This document shows, in pieces, positions 12,001-24,927 of a stretch of 64,000 nt of DNA. This DNA comes from Balanoglossus misakiensis (taxonomy: Eukaryota; Animalia; Hemichordata), in contig CM082576.2 of NCBI GenBank assembly GCA_040954595.2, positions 2,764,760-2,828,759 of the forward strand, read 5' to 3'. The notes under the pieces are model-generated. The model was given only the letters and a program-made list of their open reading frames with translations. It searched no databases and was not told the origin of the DNA. A program made the translations under genes and the position numbers. Every line of letters starts with the position of its first letter. Positions within the stretch are counted from its first letter, which is position 1.

Positions 12001-15000
12001 GACACTAGAGCTTTCATGGATAAGGTACATGTAATATGCACCTTGGGGACAGTTTTTTCAGAAAAAAATGATAGTCCTCCTCTAAACCTTTCAATTCTTT
12101 GACATATTAAAGTGCGAGAGGAGCTTGAGTCTTTGGCATTAAAGGACAAAGAATAAAAGAAACGATGTTACCAGTCATGGTAATGGAGATTTAAACATAT
12201 TAAGCAAGATTTACTTTCTATGGTGCGTTGCAAAGTAGACTTTTGTAAGTATACACCCGCATATGTTCCAGCTCAAAACATGCGATTTGATTTATGCAAA
12301 TGAAATTGTTTTTTGTCAGGGTATCTCTTGAGATTTTGTTGGTTGCGTGTACATGTATGATTTTTCTACAATGGCCCCATGCATCATTTATAGCTGAACT
12401 TTTGGAAAAAAACAACCTTGTTAGGGGATAATTCCCTGTTGTAGGATTTGCATGTACATGTACCTGTACTGGTGCGCACAGCAGGTATTTGGAATTTTGG
12501 ATGCTGGTCTGTGTCCGTATGGTGTGGGGAATTCAATGCACAGTGGGACCTCCCACCATCAAGCATGTGGTAAAGCAGCAAGACGAAAACTGAGCGTTCA
12601 CTGTCTTGTTAAAATCACTACTTCAATTTTTCTCCATAGAGTTGACACAGAGATTGGTGGCCATTTGAATTTGAGACAATTTTGCTCTCTCAATCAAAAT
12701 TTTACTCCTTGACCTGCGATGTTATTCTTGATTTTAAGAGAGAATATCCTAAAGTTGCCTTGAGCAAATGTGAGAGAAAGTTTCTGCCGGTACCTTAATG
12801 TGACCTTCCTGAATCACTCACATGGAAATACGTGCTGAATTATGATGTCACTTGCGTGATTAGATGGTGATAATGACTGCAATTTTAGTGGACATTTTTA
12901 GCTATTGGCAGTGCTAGTCTCCATGGAGACTACAAGTGTGGCAAGATCTCATGCAATTCTTTTGCAAAAAAAATATCCCCCCTAATTGTGTGTTTTAGTA
13001 CTTTTACAGGGAATTAGATTTGTCGCTACTATTACATCGTTGATCATACACACACAAAAAGTCCAGTGGATCAACAAATTGAACAGTCTCATGGCTCAAT
13101 ACCACCAGCTAGTTGTTCAGATGATAGCATTTTCTTTTTGTCTTTGAACAGCTGGACAATGAACTTCAAACCCAAATCGCCCGACAGTCTTCTCTCAAGG
13201 AAGAGAAACTCCGCTCAGAGGAAGAACTGTTGACTGCTAAAAGCAATCTCCAACAAGCACAAGATCAAGTTTACCACTTTCAGGTGAGAAGACAAGAAGA
13301 ACTTGACTAAGACTGCCCCCTCCCCTCTACACAGGCTTAGACATTACACACGCAGACAAATATAGACAGTGCTATGACAGAAGAGCTTGTTTTTCACATG
13401 GGGTTACAAAGGAAATTTTGAGTTGTTTTTGAATAGATGATCAGCCAACAATCTCAGATCCCCAAACAGCAGCCGCGAAGAACAAAAGCACCCCAAAATT
13501 CTACCTCCACACCCATTGCTACATTTATTCACCATGTAATCGTACAACTCATCTGTTGTGCATGCAGGCTGACCTGAAGGAAGTCAATGCTGAGAGAGCC
13601 CAGTTGTCTGCTCGGTTGGCAGAGGAAAGCACAGCCAGGCAAGAGTTGCAGTCCAAGGTAATGGAAGCCAAGCACAAGGAAGAGACAGCCAGAGAAGAGA
13701 CTGCTCAACTTGCCAAGGAATTGAAACAGGTATGACGGATCTCTGTGAATATGATGTGATGGAGATCAGTATTTTTTCTCTATGCAATGTTGAGTGTTCA
13801 GTCACTGGGGGGGGGGGGGGGGGGGGGGTGTTGTAATTTTCCAGAGAATAAAATTTACCCATTTTGCTCTAAATGAGATTGGATGCCAACAGCAGGGTGT
13901 TGTGTTAATTTGTTAAATTCTTTTGATTGCTATCCCTACAGGCACATGAGTTGCACAGCACCACAGTGGTGCAACTACAGCGAGAACTGCAGGAAGTCAG
14001 GGTAAGTTTTGTGTTAGTTTTTAAAAACTTGTGTTACAAATATTCAAAAGCTACTGCCAAGAGCGTTTTCTCGTCTGATTAAATTAACCTGGGAGTTCAT
14101 CATGAACAGGATTGAAAACATGCTTTCTGGAAAAGATTAAGCTGTTTTGGCTGTGTTTAAAAAAAAAGTAGAAAAGAAATTATGTGATTTATCTCTACTT
14201 TGATTATCATCTTTAGGATTTATCATCATGAATGGAGTTAAAAGTAAAAACATGTTTTATGATCATGGCATTTCCATTGTTCTGTCAACTCTGTGTGTGA
14301 TTTGTGACACACAGACTCTAACATGATGTTGTTCTTGAATCACAGGCCAGAGAAGACCAAAGTGTTCAGGAAGTTGCCAGGAAGATGAAGAAAGAAAACG
14401 CAGAACTGGAAGCTGAAATGCAGACCCTGAAGGTATAAAAACAATCACTGAAAAGCTAATTTAACATCCACCTTGAAAATCCTTTTCCCCAGTGTTTTCA
14501 AGGATGCTATTAGTGCACTAATTTCTCCGGAAAATTGTCAGGGATACCATGGTAATCTGGTGAATATCTCACTAACCTACTTCACATTCATATGTGTTTG
14601 CAATTTATTTTTAATATCAGAGGGTTAATCAAACTTACTCTCAATTTAGTTTGATGTTAAACTCAAGGTTTTTATTCTGCCCCTGTCCTACTTCATCTAC
14701 AGATTCAAAGGGCTGATGACAAGTGCACCATGAAGCAGCTTCGAAGGCAAGCTGAGAAGATGAAATCTGAGTTGGAGAAGGTCTGCGAGGACCTGGCCAA
14801 GGTGCAGGATGAGAACAGCCGAGTCCGGAGAAAATACGAACGTCTCAAGCAAGGATTTGAAGAGAACCTGCAGCGGGCAGAGGATGGAGATAGTCGGTAT
14901 GGGAGAAAATAATTCCAGAGGGGGGGGGGGGGTGTATTGGTAATCAGAGTTGATTAATTGTGATTTTGCAATTATTTCATTTTCATTAACATACTCAGAA

Positions 15001-18000
15001 ATGGTACATTTTGTACTGTAATTTAAGGGTGAAAGAAATCACAACTAGAATAGATTACATGTGGGAGTGAAGACCCATGAGTACATCATTTATCAGAAGT
15101 GATGTACTCATGGGTCTTCTGTGTGTCATGACTTTCACTGGCTTTCAGTGTGACAAGAATTAGCCATCAAATTTTTTCAAGTAGATATAAATATGGGTGC
15201 AGATATACAATGTTGTGTTTATCACTGTTGCAGACTTGCAGAAGTTGAGCTTTCCCTGCAGCAAACTCAGGATGCCCTGCGTCACCACCAAACTGAATGT
15301 GAGAATACTCTTCACAGTATTGGGTCCGAGATAGATCTCCTCATCAAGATGACTTCCACAGATGCCACAGAGTTGTTCAGTGTAAGTGGATAATAAATTT
15401 GAATGCGTAACAAATTTCATGCATCATTTAAGTGTAATTATTTTTTTGTGCAATTTTTTTGAAGAGCTTTGATGCAGAAATAATTATACGGTATAACAAG
15501 TCGTTGTCATAGTTACGTTCACATAACACCAAGCAATCAGTATCTCCCCGTTGCAGACTCAGCATGACAGTCTTATGATTTCATCCAATTATGTTTTAAT
15601 AATTATGTGGAAGCAGTCAATTTCCAATTTCCTCTCCAGCCTTCTTGGTGATTCATTATTGTTAAAATTGGCTTCTATTTTAGACTCTCAGGAATATATC
15701 CAACTCTCACTCACAGTTTTTTAGTTGGCCTCTTTTTAAACTCTGAGAAAACTGTCACACATACTATCAAGTATATTGTATGTGTTTATGTGATTTTTTT
15801 TTACAAATTTCAAAATGTAGGAAAAGTGTTTTATCACTTTTGATGAGATACAAAGACAATTGCCGAATTCGTGTATTTTCAGTATATGTTTACCGTTTTC
15901 AAATTTTCGATAAACTTTATGCAGATATTGTATTTAGGGGACATCTTGAGCTATCTTTTCAATTAGAAAAAAAACGTTTTGTTTTGATAGATCTTATCAC
16001 CCTCAACCAAGGGTATCTACACAGACACTCAAAAGTGGTTAGCTGATAAAAAGGTGAGTGTTCTATTTTTATTTCATATGAGGAGTTTGAACTTTAGAGA
16101 TTTCTGAAAGTGACAAATACAGAAAAGGCCTGACTTCAAATGGCTGCCAAAGGTCTCCCGTATGGTACACAGCTTGATAACCCATCCTTATTGTGTGCAA
16201 TCAGCCAGAAAGTACTAGTATTATCTGATTCATTTTCCAAGCTTGCGATCATTGGTGATGTGTTTTTCACTTTGTCAGTTTTCTTAAATCTTATAAAGTT
16301 AGTTTCAAAGATGGTCTCTCTCTCTCTCTCTTGTGTGTGTGTGGCCATTTTTAGTCCAAACTGCAGTGGTTGCAGGCAGAAGTCCGAAACCGCAATCAGA
16401 GTGAGAGAGTTTTGAAACAGGAGCTGAACCGCAGCCGCACAGACATCCATGAGACCGTCAAAGCCAGCGACAAGGACAGGCAGTTCTATGAATCTGAGTT
16501 GCAGAGACAAGAAGAGATACTGGAAGAGGTCAATGCACAGAGAAAAGGTAGGGTTGTATGACCGCAATGGATCCAGCAACAGCAGTTAGCAACAGATTAA
16601 CTCCCACTAGGCTCAGGGTTTTTTTTGTACTAAGAAGAGAATGATGGTTAGCCAGTGATGTGTGCGTCATGGAGTGGGATTACTTGTTAGCGTTGAGTGT
16701 CACAGCATGTCTTTGCTTTGCTTTCAATTACTGACAAGGCCAAAGTTGCTTCTCTCAGTATATAGACTGAACGTAAATTAAAGTCAAATGTGTCAATGTC
16801 AAGTGCATTGAATGTCGATCCATTGTTGGGTGCAGCTAGCCAATCAAATTACTTAAAAACACATCATGTGAAATAATGAACTCTGTGTCTCCTTGTTGAA
16901 AAGTAGCAAATTAGGGTCTGAAATGTAAAATGCATTGCAGGATGGATGATAACAGAGATGAAAGTGATGGCTTCACAGACTGAACCCACCACACATGCCT
17001 CTCTGGCAGAAATGTTAGATGGTCCTTTTTCCACAGTCTGTGAACTAACATGTTTTCTTAATATCAAAATATATATTCAAACAATGAGCGTAAAAAAAGC
17101 ATGCTTTGTGAAATTTTCATCTGGGAGTTCTTGTATTCACACCCATTAAGTCTAGTGACATTTGACATTCAAAACATCCCCCTGTAACTCTTGTTTTTTT
17201 TTAAACATATCCCCAGCAGCCATTTACATGTAGCCTTTATTGTGATGACATACATTGCACCTACCCTCAGCGGAGCAATTACTTGATGATAATTCCTCAT
17301 GTAACCCAATGGGAAAAGTGTCAGAACACTTCTTTTGGGTGTGAAAGCCAGGAATTAATCCGTCCTTGCCCTGTGTATTGCTTCTCAGTTCTACAGGAGA
17401 CAAATAAAGAAAAGGCGGAGAAGGTCATCGTCCTTGAAGATCAGATATCCCGACTCTCTCAACAAATTGAGATGGTAAGTCCAGAGTTCTGTGTAATACT
17501 ACATTTTTTCATTCAAAAAGCACCAAAGCAGTGACTTTGGTTGCCAAGTGGGGAATGCGATGGAACCAAGTCTGGGGCTAATAGTAACATGCAACTGATG
17601 CTGATCATGGGTTTGTCCAATTAGACTCTGTTTGCTATATCACTGCCGGAGGGCAAATAGGAGACGTTCCCTTTGAGTGTGTGTGCACAATCAACAACCA
17701 CCCCCTTTTTTAAAGTTGAGGAAACTGATGACACAGTGGATGGTAACCATTGTCAGTAGATTGTAAATGTAATTTCATAATGCTAGACTAGACAGACATG
17801 TAACAGCCTTTGTCATCCATACAGAGAAACAGATGTGTGAAGTGTTCTCAGAAATTGAATGAAAGAGATATAAGGACACACTCATAAAGACCGAAGCTAA
17901 TGTCTCTTGCCGTCAGGTACACTCGAAACCTGTCTTTGTAAAAAAAAAATTCTCAAAACAAAAAATTGAAATGCAACTGTGTGTGTTTATCTGACAGAGA

Positions 18001-20657
18001 GCAAAAGCACTGGAGAGAAGCTTGGACTCCATCCCAGACAATGACACCACCACTATACCCGACATACAGAAAGATTTTCAGCAGTTACAGGTAAGGCATC
18101 CTCTGAGGAGCAACCGATATTCCTGCCAGGGAGCCATTCTGTCAGGAATTTTCATGTCTTTGGGCCATAACCCAGAGAATCTCAACAGAATTAAATTAAA
18201 CTTTTGACAAGGACAATCATACACTTGACACATGAGTCCAATATGGCTGTAATACTTTGTGTCGAAAACATTTTCATAAGTCTGTGCAGATATGCCTTGA
18301 CTGATTTCATTCCAATATGATTTCCTTTGATGTTTTCATTATCGATTAATCCAATGGAGACTACAATGTATGTCATTGACAATGACTTGTGTTTTGTGTC
18401 TTTGAATTAGGAGTTACAGAAGGAACGGGAGAGAATAAATGAAAGGTACAACAAGTAAGTAAAAGTGTTATCTAGTCTGTAGTGTATGTCACACAGTTGA
18501 TATGATTCTCCTAACTTTTCAATTAGATTCTGTATTCACCCAGCAACTTACATACTGTGGAAACAAATTAATGTTTTTTCAAACGTGTTTCCTGTCAAAA
18601 ATGAATGTTGTGTTTTTTTAATCGTTGCAGTAACCTCAATCCTTACTTCTGTCACATCACTTGATCACCAACTTTTAACCCCTCCCCCCTCCTCTCCTTC
18701 CTTACTTTGCAGATACAAAGAGACCATTGGAATTCTCCAGCAGCAACTGCAAGACGCCAAGAAGACCGCCGAGGATCGCCGACAGGCAAGACTGGATGCC
18801 AGCTTGCAGACGGCTAGGGTGTCAGGCTGGAGCCCCCCAAGTCCACAGTACAAGCGGCGGGTGCAGATCAGGGACTCCCCACCCACGGTGATCAGGCCCA
18901 GCACAACACGAGACCCTGCTCACAGTTCCCCGGTCTCCCCAGCCACAAAGTGTAAGTGGCTGCAGAGATTAGTCTAAAACTAAAAATAAATCTCACACAC
19001 ATTGCTCTCTGGGAACAAGAAGGAACAGTTTACAATGGCATTGATGTCAGACCAGTGGTGCTGTTCCCAAAAGGATGAATATCATCCTAGCCATGAATAG
19101 CATACACATATTGACTCAATACCACGTTTACTTGGCTAATTGATCATTGACGCATTCTCTTGACGCTTCATTCAATCATCCTAATTGTCATTTGATAAAT
19201 GGTAAGGTCGAATCACTAGGGATCTGATTGCAAACTGTGGTTTCTTTCCTGATGACTTTAAATGTGGATTTTTTGAGCCAATTTCAAGCCGTGCATAAAC
19301 ATTTGGGCTTCACACAAGAATGTGCATCTTTGACTATAAAACAAATTTTTCCCCCACACTTGTAGATCTTGGCAAAGAACTGTCAAGGGGCAGTTTAGAC
19401 ATTTCTCCTGTCAACCGGTCGTACAGCAGAAGTAGACGAGGTCCAACAGGGAGGAACTCTCCAGATCCACTCTCTCTATCAGATAATGAATTCAAGGAAA
19501 GATTCCTTCCACCCATGCCAAGCTTCTCCCTGGAGGTGAGCTCACATCTTCTGATTTTCAGCTTCATTTCTCTAGAAAACTGTTGCATCGACCATCCATT
19601 AAATGTTGTGCTCGAATGGAGGACAAATTCATGGCTGAAATGACAATAGGAAATCTCCATGGCCATCGCACACGGTCGTAAAACTGATAGTTCAATGGCA
19701 TCCTACAATTTAGAAGAGTACCATCACTATAGTACATTGTTAATTTGCTGACATTTCAGCTATTCAGATATTCCGGATTTGTAGCTATTTTAGATTGCAT
19801 TCATTTTTTGCACACATTGTTTACTGTAGTCTTTGATTTGGCATGAAAGGACTGCACATTAGAGCTTATTGTGTTTCCGAGGAATAGGCAACCAAGACAG
19901 TCAACATTTAGAGATCAGAGGAACTGACAATTTCTATTTTGATCAACTGAGTTGATGATTATCTTGTTCTGACTCACTCAGTGACACGCAGCTGATTTCC
20001 CCAATTTTTGTCAAGTTGAAGGACACTAGTTTTCACCCCTCAGAAAAGGAAGTGCAAATGACTTGTATAATATCTGCTATTTTTATCAGTGGTAATTTGA
20101 TTTTACACTGAAGGACAGTGACTGACACACAGCCTTCGTCCAGTGACTTCTTTCAAGTAAAGATGTAGTTAGTCATCACTCAGCAAAGGAGGAAAGAAAA
20201 GGATGAGGGATTAAACTTTGCTGGCTGAAAATACATGCATCATTCCTTAAAACCCTGCCAACTCTTTGGCTCTTCTTTTCAGTGTTTTTCTCCTGTGTAT
20301 CAACTCTGGTTTCTCGTGCTACATGTTTTCTGGATAGCCTTATGAAATGTTCAGTAATTACCTTCTCTACAAAGAAAGTCCGTAATGGACATTGTCATTG
20401 ATGATTGATTTCAAGTACAGACTTGAATTCAGTTTTCAACAATAGTAATCCTGATCTCTACAAAGGGGTTGAGTTGAAAATAACCTGAGCAATTCTTCAT
20501 GTTTTACAGAGTGGAACAGGAAACCGCAGTTGATGCCCAAAACATATATACTGAGGAAATAACCTAAAGTTGGAGTTCTCGGAGCTTTAAACTTCATCAT
20601 TAATTCCCCCTCCCCCTTTCCCTCTTATTTCAGGCTGAAAGGGAACTTGTTGCTTGA
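6008..20657 (+). CDS. CEP128: Centrosomal protein CEP128 (coiled-coil subdistal appendage protein), 26 coding exons, ~1159 aa
   Basis: Hand-spliced GT-AG exons with consistent phases: 6008-6166, 7744-7830, 8544-8699, 8865-8936, 9038-9205, 9371-9493, 9683-9835, 9955-10096, 10298-10461, 10722-10987, 11136-11310, 11905-12024, 13152-13283, 13568-13729, 13942-14001, 14346-14432, 14703-14896, 15234-15381, 15991-16053, 16355-16547, 17389-17474, 17998-18090, 18411-18454, 18713-18951, 19366-19535, 20634-20657. The N-terminus TVTTLTSTLH|DTKSNLREVDRMLGRYRDASDTQSAAINR|LRENL matches my recollection of vertebrate CEP128 (VNTITSTLQDTSRNLRQVDQMLGRYRE), and the rest is E/K/R/Q-rich coiled coil. The first coding exon has an acceptor at 5869/5870, so a non-coding exon lies upstream. 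Confidence 0.88.
6576..6749. mobile_element. 174-bp MITE with terminal inverted repeats and TTAA flanks (Kolobok- or piggyBac-type non-autonomous DNA transposon) in CEP128 intron
   Basis: TTAA|AGGTATACGGTCACCT ... AGGTGACTGTATACCT|TTAA: 16-bp TIR with one mismatch, TTAA on both sides (6572-6575, 6750-6753). Purine (AG) termini fit Kolobok better than piggyBac. Confidence 0.75.
13807..13828 (+). repeat. Poly-G homopolymer (22 G) in CEP128 intron
   Basis: Directly visible run. Confidence 0.9.
15069..15119. repeat. Perfect 20-bp inverted repeat (hairpin, 11-nt spacer) in CEP128 intron
   Basis: GAAGACCCATGAGTACATCA (15069-15088) is the exact reverse complement of TGATGTACTCATGGGTCTTC (15100-15119). 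Confidence 0.92.
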
Positions 20658-23388
20658 AACACAACGGTACAGTGAGAACGGACTTCTGCTGACGTCTGAA
20701 CACAGATGTCAGTCACTGACAGTGGGCGATGTGATTGAGCATTTGAGATGCCAATTAGAGACACTGGGACCAATTCCCATCAGATGACGCAAAAGAGATC
20801 TTCTCCTGAGAATGCTTGCACATCAACACAGCTGTACCTCATCAATTGCAAGAACTGTTATATCCAGCTCAGTCAAGGCCTCCACACATCTCTCTCCATG
20901 TATCTCCTTTCAAGCTCATGTTTAAGAAATAAGCTTTCTCGAATCAGTAATTGATTTGATTCATCAGAATTCTTGCATTGCCCTTGTGCCAATGAACGCT
21001 TCATGTAAAGCCATTATCTTTTAATTTCTACTGATCCCCCCATCCCTCATTTTATCAGTGGCTTCGGATGTGTAACACTCAGACCCTGCTACAGGTCTTT
21101 TGTTATTTTCAGGCAAAGCATGTAAGTTAAATTTGAATATATAATATATTGGGGTTCCCCATCAAAATATACAACCACCAGTGTACAATGTATGGCCATC
21201 ATTGGGAATCTGTATAAATGAATGAAATTATTGGTGTATATCAGTAATAGTATCTCTGATTTCAAAATTAATTGGGTGATTTGAACAAAATTGGATCAAT
21301 GTTACAATCAACCAAACTTTTTGCTCAAATGATATTATAAAGGTATTACTGTATATCAAAATGTTGAGAAAAAAATTGAGAAATAAAACGTGTTTCAAAA
21401 ACCTGTGAAATTAAAAAAAATATTTATATATTAGAAGAAAGGGTGTCTAATCCCATCACATATTTTTGTTAGAGAGTGTCAGCCAAGTGTGGTGACTGTG
21501 ATGAATTTTTAAAAGATATCATCTCTGAGATAATTTTATACTTAATTTTATATTTCAAGTAGGAGTGAAAGTTGTGAATTTGCATTTTGAGATTTGTACC
21601 ACATCAGTAGGTTTAAGTTTGGAAGTGGTTAATGGAAATTTTGATATTTTCTGATGTGTACATTCTGCAGTGCAGAATACAATTACTGTTGACAGTTTAC
21701 GTTATTATAAAAAAAAATTGCTAATTATGAGTCTGATGAGAAAGTCAGATCAGATGTTCAGGTAAGCTTATCTTGTTGTACCCATCTGTGAGTTTGGAAA
21801 ATCTGAATCTATGAGCATATTTTCTGCAAAGGACTATTTTATCCATAATTCATTTCAAAATATATTATAGTGATATTTTGCATGATGGACATGGTGTGTT
21901 CATATCTGCTCTGCCACACATTATTAGAAATCGTTGATGCAGGATGGAGACAGCAACACCTGAGATATCAGTTCCTTTTTAAATTAGACTTCCGAGAAGT
22001 AAACTAAAGATGAGTGCAAGACAAGAGTGGGACCATCGAGAAACTTGAAAAGCTTGATTCTTTCTCTTCCTGTACTCCCACCTACGCAAGTAGAATCTGG
22101 GGGAGTGAAATTGAGCGTAACACTCATTTGATGTGCATGTATATTTCACTGATTTCTGAATGGTGCTTGATCCTGTGCCATCTCTGTTTCATGTATTATA
22201 GCTCCATTACACTGTGGGGGGCCGGTGAGGTGGGGGGGGGGGGGTGGTTATCAAAAGTCTTCTGAAATCTATTTTTGATATGGAGTTTTTGTGCCTGTTT
22301 TCATGTTTTACCTTTTTTCTCCATTTTTCATTTTTAAAGAGCGAATCAAAAGAATCAAATTTGTAAATATGTATTGAAGAATTGAAATTGTTTTAAAAAA
22401 AACTTGATGAGAAAAAACTACTGGTGTTTCTGTTTACAAATCACTATGCTATGTTGGTTCGCAGCTGAATAATGCTGGGATAGCTGCACTGTACCTCACA
22501 ACACAACCCATAATCTGGTGATTAGATTTCTTTGAGCGACCAAGGACTTGTGATGGTCAGTGGACAGGTATCTATCTGTTCTCTGTTGATTTGTGTTGCT
22601 TCATCTGGCCAGTTTTGCTTTCAAATGTCATTTGTTTCAATATCACTTGTAATTATATAAATATATTTTTTCAGAGCTATTTAGAAATGAGTACTCTGTT
22701 TGTGAAACCCTTTCCCCTTCCTTTCTTTCTCACTGTAATCTATTGCATCTTCAAATCTAGCATTATCTTTGTGTCGAAATTTTCCTCTCTCACCGCCCAG
22801 TAATTCTGGCATGGTGATATGTATATTTTTGATCAAAAAGTATTTTTGTACAGGAGCTTATACAATGAAATACATTTTACTTTTTCTGGAATAAACGAAT
22901 CACTTGATATCAAGTCTTTTGTGCTAATTTCTCCTTATTTATACCTGTCAGCATGTTCAACTATAAGTGGGTGTTCGAATTGTGGTTTCCGCTGTGCACA
23001 CTGATTGCAGTACATGTATGTGAGTGGCTGTCTGAACATTAGACACATATTGACTGGCTATGAGGGCAACAATACATTTGTTTCCCTGACAGAAACAGAA
23101 TATTTCCCAGAGGATTTTCTGAGGCAGGACACTTGTTGCTGGATCTGCATTAATATCCCTAATTGCAAATCTTCATTAAATATGCAAATACACAGTTAAT
23201 TAGCAGGGTGGTGTTAAAAGTGTGTCATTGCTGTTAATGATCATTATCTTCAGCAAGTTGCATCGTATTTCGTGCAGTAATTAAAATTTAAGTTAACATA
23301 TAAATTTTCAATTAATGGAGTAGACAATGCTTAAAGCCCCATGAGTTGCTACTTTTTGCATTATTTTCATTATTTTATTTTGAAACTT

Positions 23389-23626
23389 AGATTAATCCAT
23401 TTAAATAAGCTTACTGATGTGTATATACAAACATTTTCTCCACCTCAGATTGGAGGGTGAAAAAACATCAGTTTTGCATTTTCGTTCTGATCTTGGAAGA
23501 ACTTTGTCGACCACAGGAAAGCCCCCTTAGGGTCGTGATTAATTCGAAATTAGTCCGTTGTCACACACTCATCTATCTCATCTCCTTGATCATGTCCGCC
23601 AACTAATGGTGCTCGCGTCACGTGAC
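23389..23626 (+). promoter_or_regulatory. Putative opsin proximal promoter with Otx/Crx-type K50 sites and a palindromic E-box
   Basis: AGATTAATCC (overlapping TAATCT/TAATCC) at 23389-23398 and GTCACGTGAC at 23617-23626, ~100 nt upstream of the opsin ATG, where CpG density rises. Motif matches only. Confidence 0.35.
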
Positions 23627-23722
23627 ATAATCGACAGCATTTAATATTAGGTTTGGTGTGATGAGCGCTTGTCAACTTTTCAAACGCAGACCGCGCTCGG
23701 GAAGGCGGCTGCATCTATCAAC

Positions 23723-24879
23723 ATGAACTTCACAAGCACGTCAGAGGAAGGTCTACTGGCCTCTACACTCCACTCCCGATTCGGTTTCGGTGGACAGGTA
23801 GCAATCGCGTTGGCTTATCTTATTATAAGTGTCGTCGGCATCGTCAATAACGCCCTCGCCATCTCGGTTATCGTCTGCAGCCGAGCCATGCATCGTCCGT
23901 TCTCACTGTACTTACTCAACTTGTGCTTTTGCGACTTTATGGTCAGTGCGGCGGCTTATCCGTTCAGCATTATATCGGCTTTCACCTGGCCAGGATCCTG
24001 GCAGTGGGAAGACAAGATCTGTGAGGCCTACGCCTTTTTAAATAGCTTTCTTGGTGAGTATGTTACATGTAAGACAGATAGATCACAGTAGACCTAACTT
24101 AAGTCGGTGAATTAAAAAACAAAACAAAAACATTTGCAACAGTTTCTCGTATATCTTTTTTTATTCAGGTTGCATGGTATCACAGGCCTATATTGGTCTA
24201 ATCGATATTTTGTCTATCTTCAAGCCAATCAACACCTTAACTGAATTGGTTCACTCACCGACTTTGTCTTCCTTAATTAAATGTACCATGGTACCAAAAT
24301 GTTTGGATACTCACATGGTAATTTCGGTGTTGTACTTAATTATTGACAAAATTCAAAAGACACCGTCATGAACTTGACATTTACTATTGCGCATGTCATT
24401 GCAGGACGTTCTTTAAGGTAATGGTCTACTCAAAATTCAGAATATTTTGTCATCGTTATCAGTTGAAATCGGTTGGAATAAACCTTTTTTTCGTGTGTTT
24501 TTTGCAGGTATCGTGTCCATCATGACATTGACTGCCATTTCTGTAGAACGGTACGTCGCCGTCAAATATCCACTCTCTGTGATTACTGCCAACCAATACC
24601 GAAGGACTGGCATTTCCCTCGTCGTAATTTGGACGTACTCGCTGATGTTGACGTCGCCACCTCTGTACGGGTGGGGAAGATTCGGCGTGGAGGGCGCCGT
24701 GTCGTGTTCCGTGGACTGGGACTCCAGGAGTCATGGAAACGTCGCGTACATCCTGACTTTGTTTGTGGGCTGTTTTTTCTTGCCCCTTGCAGTAATTGTT
24801 TTCTCGTATCTTAACGTATTGAAGTCGTACAACAAGGTAAGTACATGTATTTGTAAAGCTTACCGTAATTCACATATGC

Positions 24880-24927
<48 letters not shown>

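Noticed and set aside
7823-19666. Minus-strand ORFs over CEP128 (e.g. 9908-10261, 10268-10657, 16136-16579, 19334-19666)
   Set aside because: Antisense shadows of exons and intron sequence; no coherent splice chain or homology.
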